The notes beneath the pieces were generated by a model. It was not told the DNA's origin and did no database searches. It worked only from the letters and a program-made list of their open reading frames with translations. The position numbers and the translations under genes were made by a program. Shown here piece after piece: positions 40,598-51,410 of a stretch of 64,000 nucleotides of DNA (the first letter of the stretch is position 1; every line of letters starts with the position of its first letter). Where the stretch lies: assembly GCA_965249725.1 (NCBI GenBank), contig CBDFMQ010000002.1, positions 320,001 to 384,000 of the forward strand. Direction: 5' to 3'. This DNA is from Longimicrobiales bacterium. GTDB lineage: Bacteria > Gemmatimonadota > Gemmatimonadetes > Longimicrobiales > Gaopeijiaceae.

Positions 40598-41212
40598 TCA
40601 CAGGGTCGACGGCGGTGCGACGGCCAGAAGCGCGTTGCGGTTGCCGAATCCGTCGTCGGAGTAACGTTGGGCCCTGGGATCCGTGACCCAATCCGTGCCG
40701 TCGATTACGAACATGTACTTGTGGAGGCCGGGGGTCACCGGGATGCGACCGGTCCAGATGCCGTCCTCGTCCGCGTCCTCCAGGACGAAGTCGCTCTCCC
40801 AGCCGCTGAAGTCGCCGGCAACCGCGACGGTCGTGGCTCCGGGCGCCTCGAGTGAGAACTCCACCAGGATCTGGGCGATGGCTACGGGGCCCGGGTCGGG
40901 CGTCACAGCCCCCCGCTCCGGCAGCAGCGCGACCACGGCCACAGCTGCGGCGGCCATGGCCAGGCTCGTCAACGGCGAGAGGCGGATGTTGCGGGGTCGG
41001 AGCAGCCAGTCGAAGACGCTCTCCTTGGGCGAAGCAGCTAGCGCGATCTCGCTCATGACCGCGTTCTCCATCCAGGGCGGCGCCTGTTTCGGCTCGCCGC
41101 TCTTCAACGCTCCCGTGAGCCGTTGCCAGGCCTCGGCCTCGGCCTTGGCTTCCGGGCTCAGATCGTCGAAGTCCCCTTCGCCGTCCAGGTATGTGTTCAG
41201 GTCAGTGCTCAT
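40598..41212 (-). CDS. Putative anti-sigma factor with extracytoplasmic CBM48/AMPK-type glycogen-binding domain
   Basis: N-terminal YLDGE, TM AMAAAAVAVVALL, then APGATTVAVAGDFSGW...PGLHKYMFVIDG...WVTDP...DDGFGNRN. Confidence 0.85.
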   Translation of the reverse strand: MSTDLNTYLDGEGDFDDLSPEAKAEAEAWQRLTGALKSGEPKQAPPWMENAVMSEIALAASPKESVFDWLLRPRNIRLSPLTSLAMAAAAVAVVALLPERGAVTPDPGPVAIAQILVEFSLEAPGATTVAVAGDFSGWESDFVLEDADEDGIWTGRIPVTPGLHKYMFVIDGTDWVTDPRAQRYSDDGFGNRNALLAVAPPSTL

Positions 41213-41757
41213 CGGTACACCTTCAGTAGTGACTGGAGCTCCTCTCGGGCTCGCAGCACCCTCATTTTCAAGGCCGACTTCGAGGCCCCCAACAGGGTGG
41301 CCATCTCGTCGTACGATCGACCCTCGAGATGCTTCAAGACGAAGGCCTCCCGCTGCTCGGGGTTCAGCCGATCCAACGCCTGCTGAACCCGTTCTTTCAA
41401 CTCCTCTCGCTCCAAGTCCTCGTCCGGGCTCGACCGGTCGATGACCGTGGCCGACGCTCCCTCGATCGAGAGATCGCCTCTACGCGGACTCTTCAAGAAG
41501 TCCTTGCAGAGGTTGGCGGCGATCCGGAACAGCCACCCACCGACCCGTTCAGGGTCCCGACAGCGGTTCAGCTTCTGAAAACCGCTCACCAGGGTCTTCT
41601 GTACGATGTCGGCCGCGTCGTCCGCCCGACCCACCATCCGGAAGGCGTGCTTGAACAGAACATCCTGATACCTGCGAACGAGCACGCGGTACATCTCGTG
41701 CTGCCCGCCCAGGATCTCCCGGACCACCTCGCCGTCGCTGCGTTCTTCCGCTGACAT
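41209..41757 (-). CDS. ECF RNA polymerase sigma factor
   Basis: AADIVQKT, GGWLFRIAANLCKD, EGRSYDEMATLLG...ALKMRVLRAR. Confidence 0.93.
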   Translation of the reverse strand: MSAEERSDGEVVREILGGQHEMYRVLVRRYQDVLFKHAFRMVGRADDAADIVQKTLVSGFQKLNRCRDPERVGGWLFRIAANLCKDFLKSPRRGDLSIEGASATVIDRSSPDEDLEREELKERVQQALDRLNPEQREAFVLKHLEGRSYDEMATLLGASKSALKMRVLRAREELQSLLKVYR

Positions 41758-41786
41758 TGAGGGAAAGGTACCGGGGCCCCATACGA

Positions 41787-41816
41787 TAGACGAGGAAAAC
41801 ATACCGGGGGTCACAT
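41787..41816 (-). promoter_or_regulatory. ECF promoter ATGTGACCC-N14-TCGTCTA (copy 1)
   Basis: About 30 nt upstream of the ECF gene; identical boxes and spacing at 43059-43088. Confidence 0.75.
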
Positions 41817-41867
41817 TCCCGGACGTTGTTGCGCGGAGAAGGGGACTCTGCGAGGCCCCACGGCGAA

Positions 41868-41897
41868 CGCCGGGGGGCTGGTCGTATCCCCCCGGCG
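41868..41897 (-). terminator. Hairpin after the lipoprotein gene
   Basis: 10-bp perfect stem CGCCGGGGGG/CCCCCCGGCG with a 10-nt loop. Confidence 0.55.
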
Positions 41898-41951
41898 CTG
41901 CCCGTGTCGGTCTTGATTCCACGACACGTTGGTCTCCCTCTACTCCGGGGT

Positions 41952-43010
41952 TCAGCTCGCGATCACGGCGCCAACGACCGCGGCCTTCCAGATGAGCTGA
42001 ATGCCGCGGGTGTTTCCGTTCTCGATGTGCCGGACGCCGGCCTCGAAGGCCTCCACGGCTCTGTTGAGCAGCTTCTGGAGGTCCTCGTTCGGCTCGAGGG
42101 CCAGGGCGGCCCTTGCAGCCTCGAGCTGCGACTCGGCCAGTTCGATCAGAGCTCTGACCTCGTCATCGGTGACACCGTCGGGACGCACGACCGCCATGAG
42201 CGATACGCTCACTGCCTTATGGCCGAGCATGATGGCCCGTCGGAACTGACCGCTCTGGAACGCCTCGGCCGAGGAGTTGGCCAGGCGCGCGGCGGTGTCG
42301 AGGAGGTGCTGCTGGCGCTCGCTGATCTCGGTACCGTCGAGGAGACGGTTGGCCAACGCGACCGCCTGTGCGGCCATGGCCACCGCGAGCCGCGCGCCCT
42401 TTTCGGGATTGCCGTCGTGGCGCCGAGCACGACTGCGGTCGGCGCGCTCGTGCCCCTCCACAGCCCGTTTTCCGGCCGTCGCGTGGTCGCCACGGTTCAG
42501 CGCCGCCGTCGCATCGCCCAGCAGGCGATCGATATCTCTCGTCAGGTCGTTGGGACGATCGAAGTCGTCGGTTCCGCCAGCGGCCAAACGGCGACGCAGG
42601 TGTCTGAGGCGGTCGATGTAGTTGTCCAGGCTGGAGAGGTCTCGCCCCCGCGAGAGACCTCGACCGAGTGCCTCCCGGGCCTGGTCGCCGAGCGAGCGAA
42701 CTCGCTCGTAGTCACCCCGCGTCAACTCGACGCGGGCCTGATTGAAGAGGCTCTCGGCCGTCGAGATCTCCACGGCCGCCGCCGCCGTCATATTGGCGGT
42801 CATGACGCTGGATACGTCTTCGATGAGGGCAAACGTCAGATCGGGATCGGTGGCCAGGTCGATTTCCACGTCCTCGATCGGAGGCATATTGTCGAAGCCG
42901 GGGTCGCTCGGTGTATCTGTGCACCCGGCCATATGGAGTGCTCCCCACAGGATCACGATCAACATCACGAATCCGGGGGCTCCGCTATTGGAAGCTGGCG
43001 CTCTGTACAT
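41952..43010 (-). CDS. Helical-repeat hypothetical lipoprotein
   Basis: Lipobox MAGC; Ala-rich helical repeats; AAGGAG RBS. Confidence 0.78.
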   Translation of the reverse strand: MYRAPASNSGAPGFVMLIVILWGALHMAGCTDTPSDPGFDNMPPIEDVEIDLATDPDLTFALIEDVSSVMTANMTAAAAVEISTAESLFNQARVELTRGDYERVRSLGDQAREALGRGLSRGRDLSSLDNYIDRLRHLRRRLAAGGTDDFDRPNDLTRDIDRLLGDATAALNRGDHATAGKRAVEGHERADRSRARRHDGNPEKGARLAVAMAAQAVALANRLLDGTEISERQQHLLDTAARLANSSAEAFQSGQFRRAIMLGHKAVSVSLMAVVRPDGVTDDEVRALIELAESQLEAARAALALEPNEDLQKLLNRAVEAFEAGVRHIENGNTRGIQLIWKAAVVGAVIAS

Positions 43011-43058
43011 GGTTCTCTCCTTGTTGACGAAGCGTGTTTTCGTTTCGAGACTGGGTAC

Positions 43059-43088
43059 TAGACGACGGATCGCCAGGAAGGGTCACAT
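43059..43088 (-). promoter_or_regulatory. ECF promoter ATGTGACCC-N14-TCGTCTA (copy 2)
   Basis: About 48 nt upstream of ATG 43010; matches copy 1. Confidence 0.75.
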
Positions 43089-43165
43089 CGAGTCACGCTC
43101 CGGTTGTGGGGGGGCTCCGAAGCCACCTACTTTCGCACGCCGACCAAAACCTCCGGAGACGACAC

Positions 43166-44512
43166 TTGAGCCATCGCACAGAACCGCTGCTGGGATTCAC
43201 GCGTGAGGCGTTCAGCGCTCGGCGTGAACGAGCCTTGGCGGAACTCGAAGGCTCCGCGCTCGTCTTGCCGGCAGCTCCCTTGCCCCTCAAGTCGCGTGAC
43301 ACCGAACGTCGATATCGGGCGGACAGTGAACTCTTCTACCTCACGGGTGTCGCGGAGCCGGGAGCCTTGGCCGTCCTGCGTCCCGGTGGCGACAACGGAG
43401 ATTTCGTGCTGTTCGTTCGGCCTCGAGACGAGGAAGCCGAGCGTTGGAGCGGAGTACGTCTGGGAGCCGAGGGAGCCCGGGAGGTTTTCAGTCCCGATCA
43501 GGTGTACGACATCGATGAGATGGAGAAGCGGCTGCCGCACCTGTTGGAGGGTGCCGACAAGGTGTACTTCCGCCTCGGCACGGACTCTCGAGCGCAGACC
43601 CTGGTTCTCGAGGCGCTCGCCACCGCCAGGCGTCGGGGTGCTCGGAAGGGTCTGGGGCCCAGATCGATCGTGGATCCCGGAGAGATCCTCGATCCCATGC
43701 GTTTGGTGAAGGACTCGGAAGAGCTGGACCGTATGCGTCTGGCGGCTTCCGTCACCGCCGAGGCGCATCGAGACCTCGCCTCGATGATCAGGCCCGGGGT
43801 GGGGGAATGGGAGATCGAGGCTGCGCTCGACGCCGGATTCAGAAGGCGCGGTGCCTGGGGACCGGCCTATCCGACCATCGTCGGGTCGGGTCCGAACGCT
43901 TGTGTCCTTCACTACGTCTCCAACGACCGTCGGCTAGCGGAGGGTGACCTGGTTCTCGTGGACGCCGGCGCCGAAGTGGACCTTTACGCCGCCGACATCA
44001 CGCGGACCGTACCGACCTCGGGTCGGTTTTCCGCCGCGCAGCGATCGATCTACGAGGTGGTGCTCCGTGCTAACCGGAGAGCGATTCAGTCGGTGTTTCC
44101 GGGGACGACCGTCGCCCAGATCCACCGGGAGGCTCGCGATGAGTTGATCGACGGTCTACTCGAGCTGGACATCCTCGAGGGCGACAGAGGCGCTGTCGTC
44201 GAGGATGAGAGCTACAAACGGTTCTTCCCCCATCAGACCTCGCATTGGCTGGGTCTCGACGTCCACGACGTCGGCGACTTCGCCTCCCGCGGTGAATCCC
44301 GCGTGTTGGAGCCGGGCATGGTCCTTACGATCGAGCCGGGTCTCTACTTCCCGTCAGGATCCGAGAGTTCGCAGGGTCCGGCCGACTTCCTGGACATCGG
44401 GGTCCGCATCGAAGACGACGTTCTGGTCACTGCCGACGGACACGAGGTGCTCACCGGCGCGATGCCTGTGGAAGTAGACGAGATCGAAGATCTCCTGGGA
44501 GGTCAGGGGTGA
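43166..44512 (+). CDS. pepP: Xaa-Pro aminopeptidase
   Basis: AMP_N domain (YRADSELFYLTG), LHY, DAG, ADITRT, HWLGLDVHD, TIEPGLY, RIEDD; TTG start chosen. Confidence 0.93.
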   Translation: MSHRTEPLLGFTREAFSARRERALAELEGSALVLPAAPLPLKSRDTERRYRADSELFYLTGVAEPGALAVLRPGGDNGDFVLFVRPRDEEAERWSGVRLGAEGAREVFSPDQVYDIDEMEKRLPHLLEGADKVYFRLGTDSRAQTLVLEALATARRRGARKGLGPRSIVDPGEILDPMRLVKDSEELDRMRLAASVTAEAHRDLASMIRPGVGEWEIEAALDAGFRRRGAWGPAYPTIVGSGPNACVLHYVSNDRRLAEGDLVLVDAGAEVDLYAADITRTVPTSGRFSAAQRSIYEVVLRANRRAIQSVFPGTTVAQIHREARDELIDGLLELDILEGDRGAVVEDESYKRFFPHQTSHWLGLDVHDVGDFASRGESRVLEPGMVLTIEPGLYFPSGSESSQGPADFLDIGVRIEDDVLVTADGHEVLTGAMPVEVDEIEDLLGGQG

Positions 44513-45357
44513 CCACTCTGGTGGAGATGCTCGCCCGCCCGGGCCCCCTGGTCACGGTGGAGCTCCGCCCCCCCCGCAGTGGGCTGAGTGCCGCCCAGGG
44601 GATGGACGCCTGGATCGATCTCAACCATTCGATCCGGAATCTGGCGCTCAATGACATCGTCGTGTTCCTGACGGACGATGCCGTGGGATCCAGCGAAGAG
44701 GAGAATCTGGCTCACCTGGCCTCGAATGTGGGCTCCGAGGTTCCTCTTTCTCGGCTCGTTCCGTTCCTGACCTGCAAAGACAGCCTCGAGTATTGCCTCA
44801 CATACGCCGATCGGGCTCATTCCTTGGGCTTCGAGGCCATCACCGTGGTCGGAGGCGACGCTTCCGTGGGTCCGCCCCGCTGTGTCCCTCACGCGTATCT
44901 CCTCAGAGAGCAGATCCGAGAGCGCCAACCCACGCTGTCTCTGGGCGGCTGGGCGAATCCGCACCGGGACATCGCCGAACAGGTGGATTATCTGAGCGCC
45001 GACGACGTGTCGGCCGACTTCTACCTCACCCAAGTGGTGTCACACCACAGCGTCGACCGTGTCGCCGCGTTTCTGGAGGAGTGCGACAAGCGGAACGTGA
45101 CGCTTCCCGGGGTTTTCGGGGTTTTCTACTACTGGAGTGCTCAGGCGAGCACACTGGGAATGCTGAAGGACTTCTTTCCCGTCCCCGTGGATGAACTCAC
45201 CCGTGAGTTCGACGCCGGGGCCACGCGCGAGGAGGTGATGGCTCGGACATTGAAGGCACTCCGGGCCGCGGGGGCCGACAAGGTCTACGTCAGCAACCTC
45301 GGCCACCGGAGGGTGCAGAATCGTCTTGCGAGGGTGCTGGAGCGCAGCGGGAGCTAG
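44509..45357 (+). CDS. Methylenetetrahydrofolate reductase (MetF)-like protein
   Basis: VELRPP, LTD, FLTCKD, VVGGD, WANPH, ADFYLTQ. Confidence 0.7.
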   Translation: MTTLVEMLARPGPLVTVELRPPRSGLSAAQGMDAWIDLNHSIRNLALNDIVVFLTDDAVGSSEEENLAHLASNVGSEVPLSRLVPFLTCKDSLEYCLTYADRAHSLGFEAITVVGGDASVGPPRCVPHAYLLREQIRERQPTLSLGGWANPHRDIAEQVDYLSADDVSADFYLTQVVSHHSVDRVAAFLEECDKRNVTLPGVFGVFYYWSAQASTLGMLKDFFPVPVDELTREFDAGATREEVMARTLKALRAAGADKVYVSNLGHRRVQNRLARVLERSGS

Positions 45358-45372
45358 CCGGCCGAGCGGGAC

Positions 45373-47271
45373 CTAACCGGCAGCCTCGGCCCCGGCCAAG
45401 ACGGCTAATGCCGCCTCGAGATGGTCGGACGGTACGCTGACGTGGATGCCGGCGACGACGTCTCGGACCTGCTCTAACACCTCGCCGGCGATCTGGACAC
45501 CTTCGGCCAGAGCAGCCTCGGGGCCCCGCGCATCCGCGTCCTCCATCCGCCGGAGGGTGTCCTCCGGCAGCTCGATCCCGGGCACCTCGTTGTGAAGAAA
45601 CTCCGCTTCACCGAGCGAAGTGAGGGATCGCAGCCCAACCACGACCGGCACGTCGAGATCCGACGCTTCCGTAAGGAAGTCCCGGAGGCGGTGCGGCGCG
45701 AAAAGGGGAGGGGTCACCACGAAATGGGCTCCCGCGTCCGCCTTCCAGCGGAAACGCCCGATCTCCTGGTCCCGATCGACCGCAACCGGGTTCACCCGGA
45801 CGCCGATGACGAAACGTGTGGGGCCGCCGATGCTGCCCCCGCCGGGATCGACGCCACGGTTGAGCCCACGGACCACGTTGGTGAGCCCGATGGAATCGAT
45901 GTCCAACACGGCCGTCGAGTCGGGGTAGGGTCCGGTGGTGGGCGGTCGCCCGGTCACGACCAGGAGGTTGCGGATGCCGCCGGCCGCGGCGCCCAGGAGA
46001 TCACTGATCATGCGGGGCATGTTCCGATCGCGGCATGGATAGTGGACGATGGCCTCGATCCCGACCTGCTGCTGAATGAGTAGCGCAGCGGGCAGGGCGC
46101 TCATGCGGCTGCGGGCGTGCGGGCTGTCCAGAACGTTGACGGAGTCGGCCCCGGCTTCCTGGATCTTCCGACACTGGTCGAGCATGTCGTCCGGATTCCA
46201 ACCCTTGGGCGGGATGATCTCCAGACTGGTGACGAACTCCCCTGCGGTGAGTTTGCGTCCCCACTCGGAGCGCTCCTCCACGGGGATCTCCGCTTGGGCG
46301 TTCGGGGCCTGCTCCACCCGGCCCTCGGCCCTCACCCTGGCCACGGACGCCTGCGTGCTGGCCACCACCGTTCGGATCTTCCTGATATGGTCGGGGCTCG
46401 TACCACAGCACCCACCCACGAATCGCGCTCCTGCGTCGATCATGCGTCGGGCGTACTGAGCCATGTACTCTGGGCTCGCCAGGTAGATCTTGCGGTCGCC
46501 GACTGCGCGCGGAAGGCCGGCATTCGGCTGCGCCGACAGCGGCTGGTCGGTCACCTGCGCCATGCGCTCCAGAGCGTCCAGCATGACGGCCGGCCCCACG
46601 GAGCAGTTCAACCCGATCACATCGGCTCCCCAGTGCACGACCTCCGATGCGACCGCCTCCGGTGACGTGCCGTACGACGTCCGTCCGTCCTCGCCCACGG
46701 TGATCTGACAGAAGACCGGCAGGTCGGAGCTGCTCCGAATGGCCCGGAACGCCTGCTCCAATTCGTTCAGGTCGCTGAAGGTCTCGAGAATGAAGCCGTC
46801 GACGCCCCCCTCTAGTAGGCCGTCCACCTGGCGCTCGTAGAATGCCTGTGCCTCTTCCCGCGAAGTGGGGCCGAACGGCTCGATGCGAATGCCGAGGGGG
46901 CCGATGGCCCCGGCTACTGATGCGTTCCCTGACGCGGCCCGCCGTGCGAGTTCGACTGCGACCCGGTTGATCTCCTCCGTACGGTCGGCAAGGCCGTGGC
47001 TCAAGAGCTTGACCGGATTGGCTCCGAAGGTGTTCGTCTCGATGATCTCTGCCCCCCCGGCCACGTAGTCGCGGTGGATGGCCTCGACGATGTCCGGCCT
47101 CTCGAGGTTGAGCCCGTCGTACGAGACGTTGACGAACACGCCGCGAGCATAGAGTTCGGTTCCCATGGCGCCGTCCATCACGTGGACTCGCCCGTCATCG
47201 ATGAGGGCCCGGAGGGGCCCGTTTCCCTTATCAGATCTGCTAACAGACCCTTGGGTATCCGATCCGCTCAC
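45373..47271 (-). CDS. yitJ: Bifunctional homocysteine S-methyltransferase / MTHFR
   Basis: DGAMGT, GLNCS, PNAGLP, GGCCG, followed by an MTHFR domain (EIIPP, CRDRN, DIDSIGL). Confidence 0.92.
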   Translation of the reverse strand: MSGSDTQGSVSRSDKGNGPLRALIDDGRVHVMDGAMGTELYARGVFVNVSYDGLNLERPDIVEAIHRDYVAGGAEIIETNTFGANPVKLLSHGLADRTEEINRVAVELARRAASGNASVAGAIGPLGIRIEPFGPTSREEAQAFYERQVDGLLEGGVDGFILETFSDLNELEQAFRAIRSSSDLPVFCQITVGEDGRTSYGTSPEAVASEVVHWGADVIGLNCSVGPAVMLDALERMAQVTDQPLSAQPNAGLPRAVGDRKIYLASPEYMAQYARRMIDAGARFVGGCCGTSPDHIRKIRTVVASTQASVARVRAEGRVEQAPNAQAEIPVEERSEWGRKLTAGEFVTSLEIIPPKGWNPDDMLDQCRKIQEAGADSVNVLDSPHARSRMSALPAALLIQQQVGIEAIVHYPCRDRNMPRMISDLLGAAAGGIRNLLVVTGRPPTTGPYPDSTAVLDIDSIGLTNVVRGLNRGVDPGGGSIGGPTRFVIGVRVNPVAVDRDQEIGRFRWKADAGAHFVVTPPLFAPHRLRDFLTEASDLDVPVVVGLRSLTSLGEAEFLHNEVPGIELPEDTLRRMEDADARGPEAALAEGVQIAGEVLEQVRDVVAGIHVSVPSDHLEAALAVLAGAEAAG

Positions 47272-50200
47272 GACCCCTCACTCTCCGGGTCGTAGCCCAG
47301 GTTGGGGGACAGCCATCGCTCTGCTTCTTCGACCGTCATGGATGCACGCCGTGCGTAGTCGGCCACCTGATCTCGACCGATGCGTCCGACCCCGAAATAG
47401 TGGGCCTCGGGATGCGCGAAGTACCAACCCGCGACCGACGCACCGGGGTGCATGGCGAAGCTCTCCGTGAGCCGCACGCCGATGCTACGCTCCGCGTCCA
47501 GAAGGGAGAACAGAGTCTGCTTCTGTGTGTGGTCGGGACACGACGGATAGCCCGGGGCCGGCCGGATCCCCACGTACCGTTCGGCGATCAGGTCGTCGTT
47601 GGTCAGGTCCTCCGCATCGTGGTAACCCCACATCTCGGTACGCACGCGCTCGTGCATACGCTCGGCCAACGCTTCGGCCAGGCGATCCGCGAGGACCTTG
47701 GCCATGATGCTTTGGTAGTCGTCCGAGTCCGCTTCGAGGAACCGGCAGAACTTGTCCAACCCCAGGCCTGCCGTGACCACGAACGCTCCGACGTGGTCTT
47801 GGGCTCCCGAGCCCTTCGGAGTGACGAAGTCCGATAGACACACGTTCGGGCGGCCGTTCGTCTTTTCGAATTGCTGGCGCAGCCCGTGGATCGTGGCCCA
47901 CTGGTCGTCGGGGCCCAGGACCTCGATATCGTCTTCGACACTGTGGGCGGGGAACAGTCCCGTGACGGCCGCTGCCCTCAGAAGCCCCTCGTCCATGATC
48001 TGGCTGAGGAGTTGCTGGGCGTCGTAGAACAGGCTCCGTGCCTGCTCCTTGGTCTCCTGCGCGTCGAGCACATCCGGGAAGCGCCCCTTGATCTCCCAAG
48101 CCTGAAACAAGGGCGTCCAGTCGATGTACTTGGCGAGCTCGTCGAGGGGATAGTCGTCGAACACGCGGACCCCCGTTTCGTTCGGAGCCACGGGCCCGTG
48201 CACGCTCCAGTCGACCTCGACCTTGTTCTTCCTCGCTTCCTCAAGCGTGATCAGGCGGGACCGCTCGTTCTTCGACGCGTGGGCTTCCCGCTGCCGGCGG
48301 TGGCCGTTCCGCACCTCCTCCAGAAACGCTTCACGTCCTTCTTCGGCCATTAGTGCCCGGAGCACCGGCACGCACCGGGAGGCGTCGGTCACGTGGACGA
48401 TGGGGCCGTGGTACTTCTCGTCGATGCGGACGGCAGTATGCCTACGCGACGTCGTGGCACCTCCGATCAGGAGCGGTACCTCGAAGTCCAAGCGTTCCAT
48501 CTCCGCCGCCACATGGACCATCTGGTCCAGGGAAGGCGTGATGAGTCCGCTCAAGCCGATCACGTCCGCGTCGTGCTTGCGGGCTTCCTCAAGGATGGTG
48601 GCTGCCGGGACCATCACTCCGAGGTCCACGACCTCGTAGCCATTACACTGCAGGACCACCGAGACGATGTTCTTCCCGATGTCGTGCACGTCGCCCTTTA
48701 CGGTGGCCATGACGACCTTCCCTGCGGAGGACTTCGCCTCGGCCCCACTCGCCTTCTCGGCTTCGACGAAGGGGAACAGATAGGCCACCGCCTTCTTCAT
48801 GACGCGGGCGCTCTTCACGACTTGGGGTAGGAACATCTTCCCGGAACCGAAGAGGTCTCCCACGACGTTCATGCCATCCATGAGCGGGCCTTCGATGACG
48901 TCCAGTGCTCTAGACGACTGGGCTCGCGCCTCTTCCGTGTCCTCCTCGATGTGCTCGGTCACCCCGTGGACCAAGGCGTGCCGGAGTCGATCCTCCACGG
49001 GGTCCGCTCGCCAGGCGTCATTCTTCTCGATGGTCTTCCCGGCGCCGGCGTACTCCTCGGCGAGAGCCGTCATGCGCTCAGTGGCGCCTGGACGCCGGTT
49101 GAAGAGGACATCCTCCACCGCCTCGAGGAGGTCCGGTGGAATGTCGTCGTAGACCGGTAGGGCTCCGGCGTTCACGATGGCCATGTCGAGGCCGGCCTTG
49201 ATCGCGTGATAGAGGAACGCGGAGTGCATCGCTTCTCGTACGCGCGGGCTGCCGCGGAACGAGAACGAGACATTGCTGACGCCGCCGCTCACATGCGTGT
49301 GGGGGAGTCGTGCCTTGATCTGACGCGTGGCATCGATGAAAGCCGTGCCGTACCCGTTGTGCTCTTCGATCCCTGTGCCCACGGCGAAGACGTTGGGATC
49401 GAAGATGATGTCCTCAGGTGGGAATCCGACCTGATCGACGAGGACCTCGTACGCTCGTTCACAGATGGCGACCTTGCGCTCGACCGTGTCCGCCTGGCCC
49501 TGTTCGTCGAACGCCATGACGATGACCGCCGCCCCGTACCGGCGGGCCAGACGAGCCTTTTCAATGAAGGGCTCCTCGCCGTCCTTGAGGCTGATGGAGT
49601 TCACCACGCCTTTGCCTTGAATGCACTTGAGCCCGGCTTCCAGCACTTCCCATCGCGACGAATCGAGAACGAACGGAATGCGGCTCACCGCGGGCTCTGA
49701 ACCCAACAGATTCAGGAAGCGCGTCATGGCAGCCACCGAATCGAGCAGGCCCTCGTCCATGTTCACGTCCAGCATCTGCGCGCCGCTCTGCTCTTGCTGG
49801 CGCGCAACCTCGACGGCTCCTTCATAGTCGTCCGCGGCGATGAGCTCCTGGAAGCGGGCGGAACCCGTCACGTTGGTCCGCTCGCCGATGTTGGCGAAGA
49901 GCGAGTCGGGCCCGAGTGTCAGTGGCTCCAGTCCGCTTAGACGACAGCGCCGCGGGAAGCTCGGGATCTTTCGGGGTGGGACTCCCTCGACCGCTTCGGC
50001 GATGGCTGCAATGTGCTCCGGAACGGTGCCGCAGCAGCCACCAACGATGTTCACCAATCCGGCCTCGGCGAACTCGCGGATGATGGAGGCGGTCATGTCC
50101 GGCGTCTCGTCGTACTCTCCGAACGCATTGGGCAATCCGGCGTTGGGGTGGCAGCTCACCGGCATCTCCGCCACCTGCGAGAGGGCGTCGAGGTGCGGCC

Positions 50201-50981
50201 TGAGCTGCTCGGCGCCCAAGGCGCAGTTCAGACCGACCGAAAAGAGCCCGGCGTGAGAGATGGAGTGGTAAAAGGCCTCAGGTGTCTGGCCAGTCAGGGT
50301 GCGGCCGCTCGCGTCGGTGATCGTGCCCGAGACCATGATCGGGACTCGCTCACGCCTCTCGTCGAAGAGGCCGAGGATCGCGAACAGGGCCGCCTTGGCG
50401 TTCAGGGTGTCGAAGATGGTCTCGACCATGAGCACGTCCGCACCCCCGTCGAGAAGCCCACACGCCTGCTCTCTGTACGCCGCCGCGAGTTGGTCGAAGG
50501 TCACGGCCCGAAACGCCGGGTTCTCCACGTCGGGAGAGATGGAAGCCGTCCGGTTCGTGGGCCCCATGCTGCCACACACGAACCGGGGCCTGTCGGGTGT
50601 ACGCCTGGTGGCCTCGTCGGCGGACCGCCGGGCCACGGAGGCGGCGGCGACGTTGACGCGGTAGGCTTCGGCCTCGAGCTCGTAGTCGGCCAACGAGACG
50701 GCTTGGGCGTTGAACGTGTTCGTCTCGATGATGTCCGAGCCCGCATCTAGATACGCCTTGTGGATCTCGTAGATCGTATCGGGCTGGGTCACCGAGAGGA
50801 GGTCGTTGGCCCCGACCAAGGGGATGTTGTGATCCGGATAGGCGTCGCCCCGGAAGTCCTCTTCCGACAGCCGGTAGCTCTGGATCATGGTGCCCATGGC
50901 GCCATCGAGAACCAGAATGCGGCTTGCCAGGGCCCCCTGGAGGGCCTGGGCACGTTCGGAGCTTGAGGTTGGGCCACTCAT
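47268..50981 (-). CDS. metH: Cobalamin-dependent methionine synthase
   Basis: [48 protein letters not shown]. Confidence 0.98.
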   Translation of the reverse strand: MSGPTSSSERAQALQGALASRILVLDGAMGTMIQSYRLSEEDFRGDAYPDHNIPLVGANDLLSVTQPDTIYEIHKAYLDAGSDIIETNTFNAQAVSLADYELEAEAYRVNVAAASVARRSADEATRRTPDRPRFVCGSMGPTNRTASISPDVENPAFRAVTFDQLAAAYREQACGLLDGGADVLMVETIFDTLNAKAALFAILGLFDERRERVPIMVSGTITDASGRTLTGQTPEAFYHSISHAGLFSVGLNCALGAEQLRPHLDALSQVAEMPVSCHPNAGLPNAFGEYDETPDMTASIIREFAEAGLVNIVGGCCGTVPEHIAAIAEAVEGVPPRKIPSFPRRCRLSGLEPLTLGPDSLFANIGERTNVTGSARFQELIAADDYEGAVEVARQQEQSGAQMLDVNMDEGLLDSVAAMTRFLNLLGSEPAVSRIPFVLDSSRWEVLEAGLKCIQGKGVVNSISLKDGEEPFIEKARLARRYGAAVIVMAFDEQGQADTVERKVAICERAYEVLVDQVGFPPEDIIFDPNVFAVGTGIEEHNGYGTAFIDATRQIKARLPHTHVSGGVSNVSFSFRGSPRVREAMHSAFLYHAIKAGLDMAIVNAGALPVYDDIPPDLLEAVEDVLFNRRPGATERMTALAEEYAGAGKTIEKNDAWRADPVEDRLRHALVHGVTEHIEEDTEEARAQSSRALDVIEGPLMDGMNVVGDLFGSGKMFLPQVVKSARVMKKAVAYLFPFVEAEKASGAEAKSSAGKVVMATVKGDVHDIGKNIVSVVLQCNGYEVVDLGVMVPAATILEEARKHDADVIGLSGLITPSLDQMVHVAAEMERLDFEVPLLIGGATTSRRHTAVRIDEKYHGPIVHVTDASRCVPVLRALMAEEGREAFLEEVRNGHRRQREAHASKNERSRLITLEEARKNKVEVDWSVHGPVAPNETGVRVFDDYPLDELAKYIDWTPLFQAWEIKGRFPDVLDAQETKEQARSLFYDAQQLLSQIMDEGLLRAAAVTGLFPAHSVEDDIEVLGPDDQWATIHGLRQQFEKTNGRPNVCLSDFVTPKGSGAQDHVGAFVVTAGLGLDKFCRFLEADSDDYQSIMAKVLADRLAEALAERMHERVRTEMWGYHDAEDLTNDDLIAERYVGIRPAPGYPSCPDHTQKQTLFSLLDAERSIGVRLTESFAMHPGASVAGWYFAHPEAHYFGVGRIGRDQVADYARRASMTVEEAERWLSPNLGYDPESEGS

Positions 50982-51214
50982 CGGAATCGTCTCACGCCTC
51001 CCATATCGGTGCTCGGAAGGGGATCCGAAAATCAAAACCTCGTCGCAAACCGACAGCGCCGAGGTCTGGCTTTTTAGCGGTTTTGTGTCGGGCCGCAATA
51101 CGCCTCAAATTACCCCGTCCGAATTGTGCTCAAAAACTAGTGCCGTACCTCCAGAAATTCTAGGCCGGTCGCTCGTACACCTAGGGATTCAGCCAGTACA
51201 TCATCCGAGTCCCG

Positions 51215-51370
51215 GTCGTCGCGAATTCGCGGCGACGACATCCACCTTGCCGACAGCTCAGAGCACCGTCTCGGGCAGTCGCACTAGATTGGACGGTGCG
51301 ACGGCCGGTTTGGTTGCGAGCAACTCCACTTAGGCTGTGAGTCGCTCCACCCTCAATACGCTCATGTCGA
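51215..51370 (-). ncRNA. Putative atypical SAM-I-clan riboswitch upstream of metH
   Basis: Minus strand: P2 GAGCGACTC/GAGTTGCTC directly followed by GCAACC...GGTGCT around a hairpin; closing CGACAT/ATGTCG stem; the AUCAAGAG junction is non-canonical. Confidence 0.4.
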
Positions 51371-51410
51371 GAGTGTGGTTTCAGGAGGATGTTCGATTTG
51401 ACGAAACTCG

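Noticed and set aside
51068..51194. c-di-AMP (ydaO) riboswitch suggested by GCTGAATCC...CCCGACA on the minus strand
   Set aside because: Lacks the GGAACC and CAGCTAAC core; only a partial resemblance.
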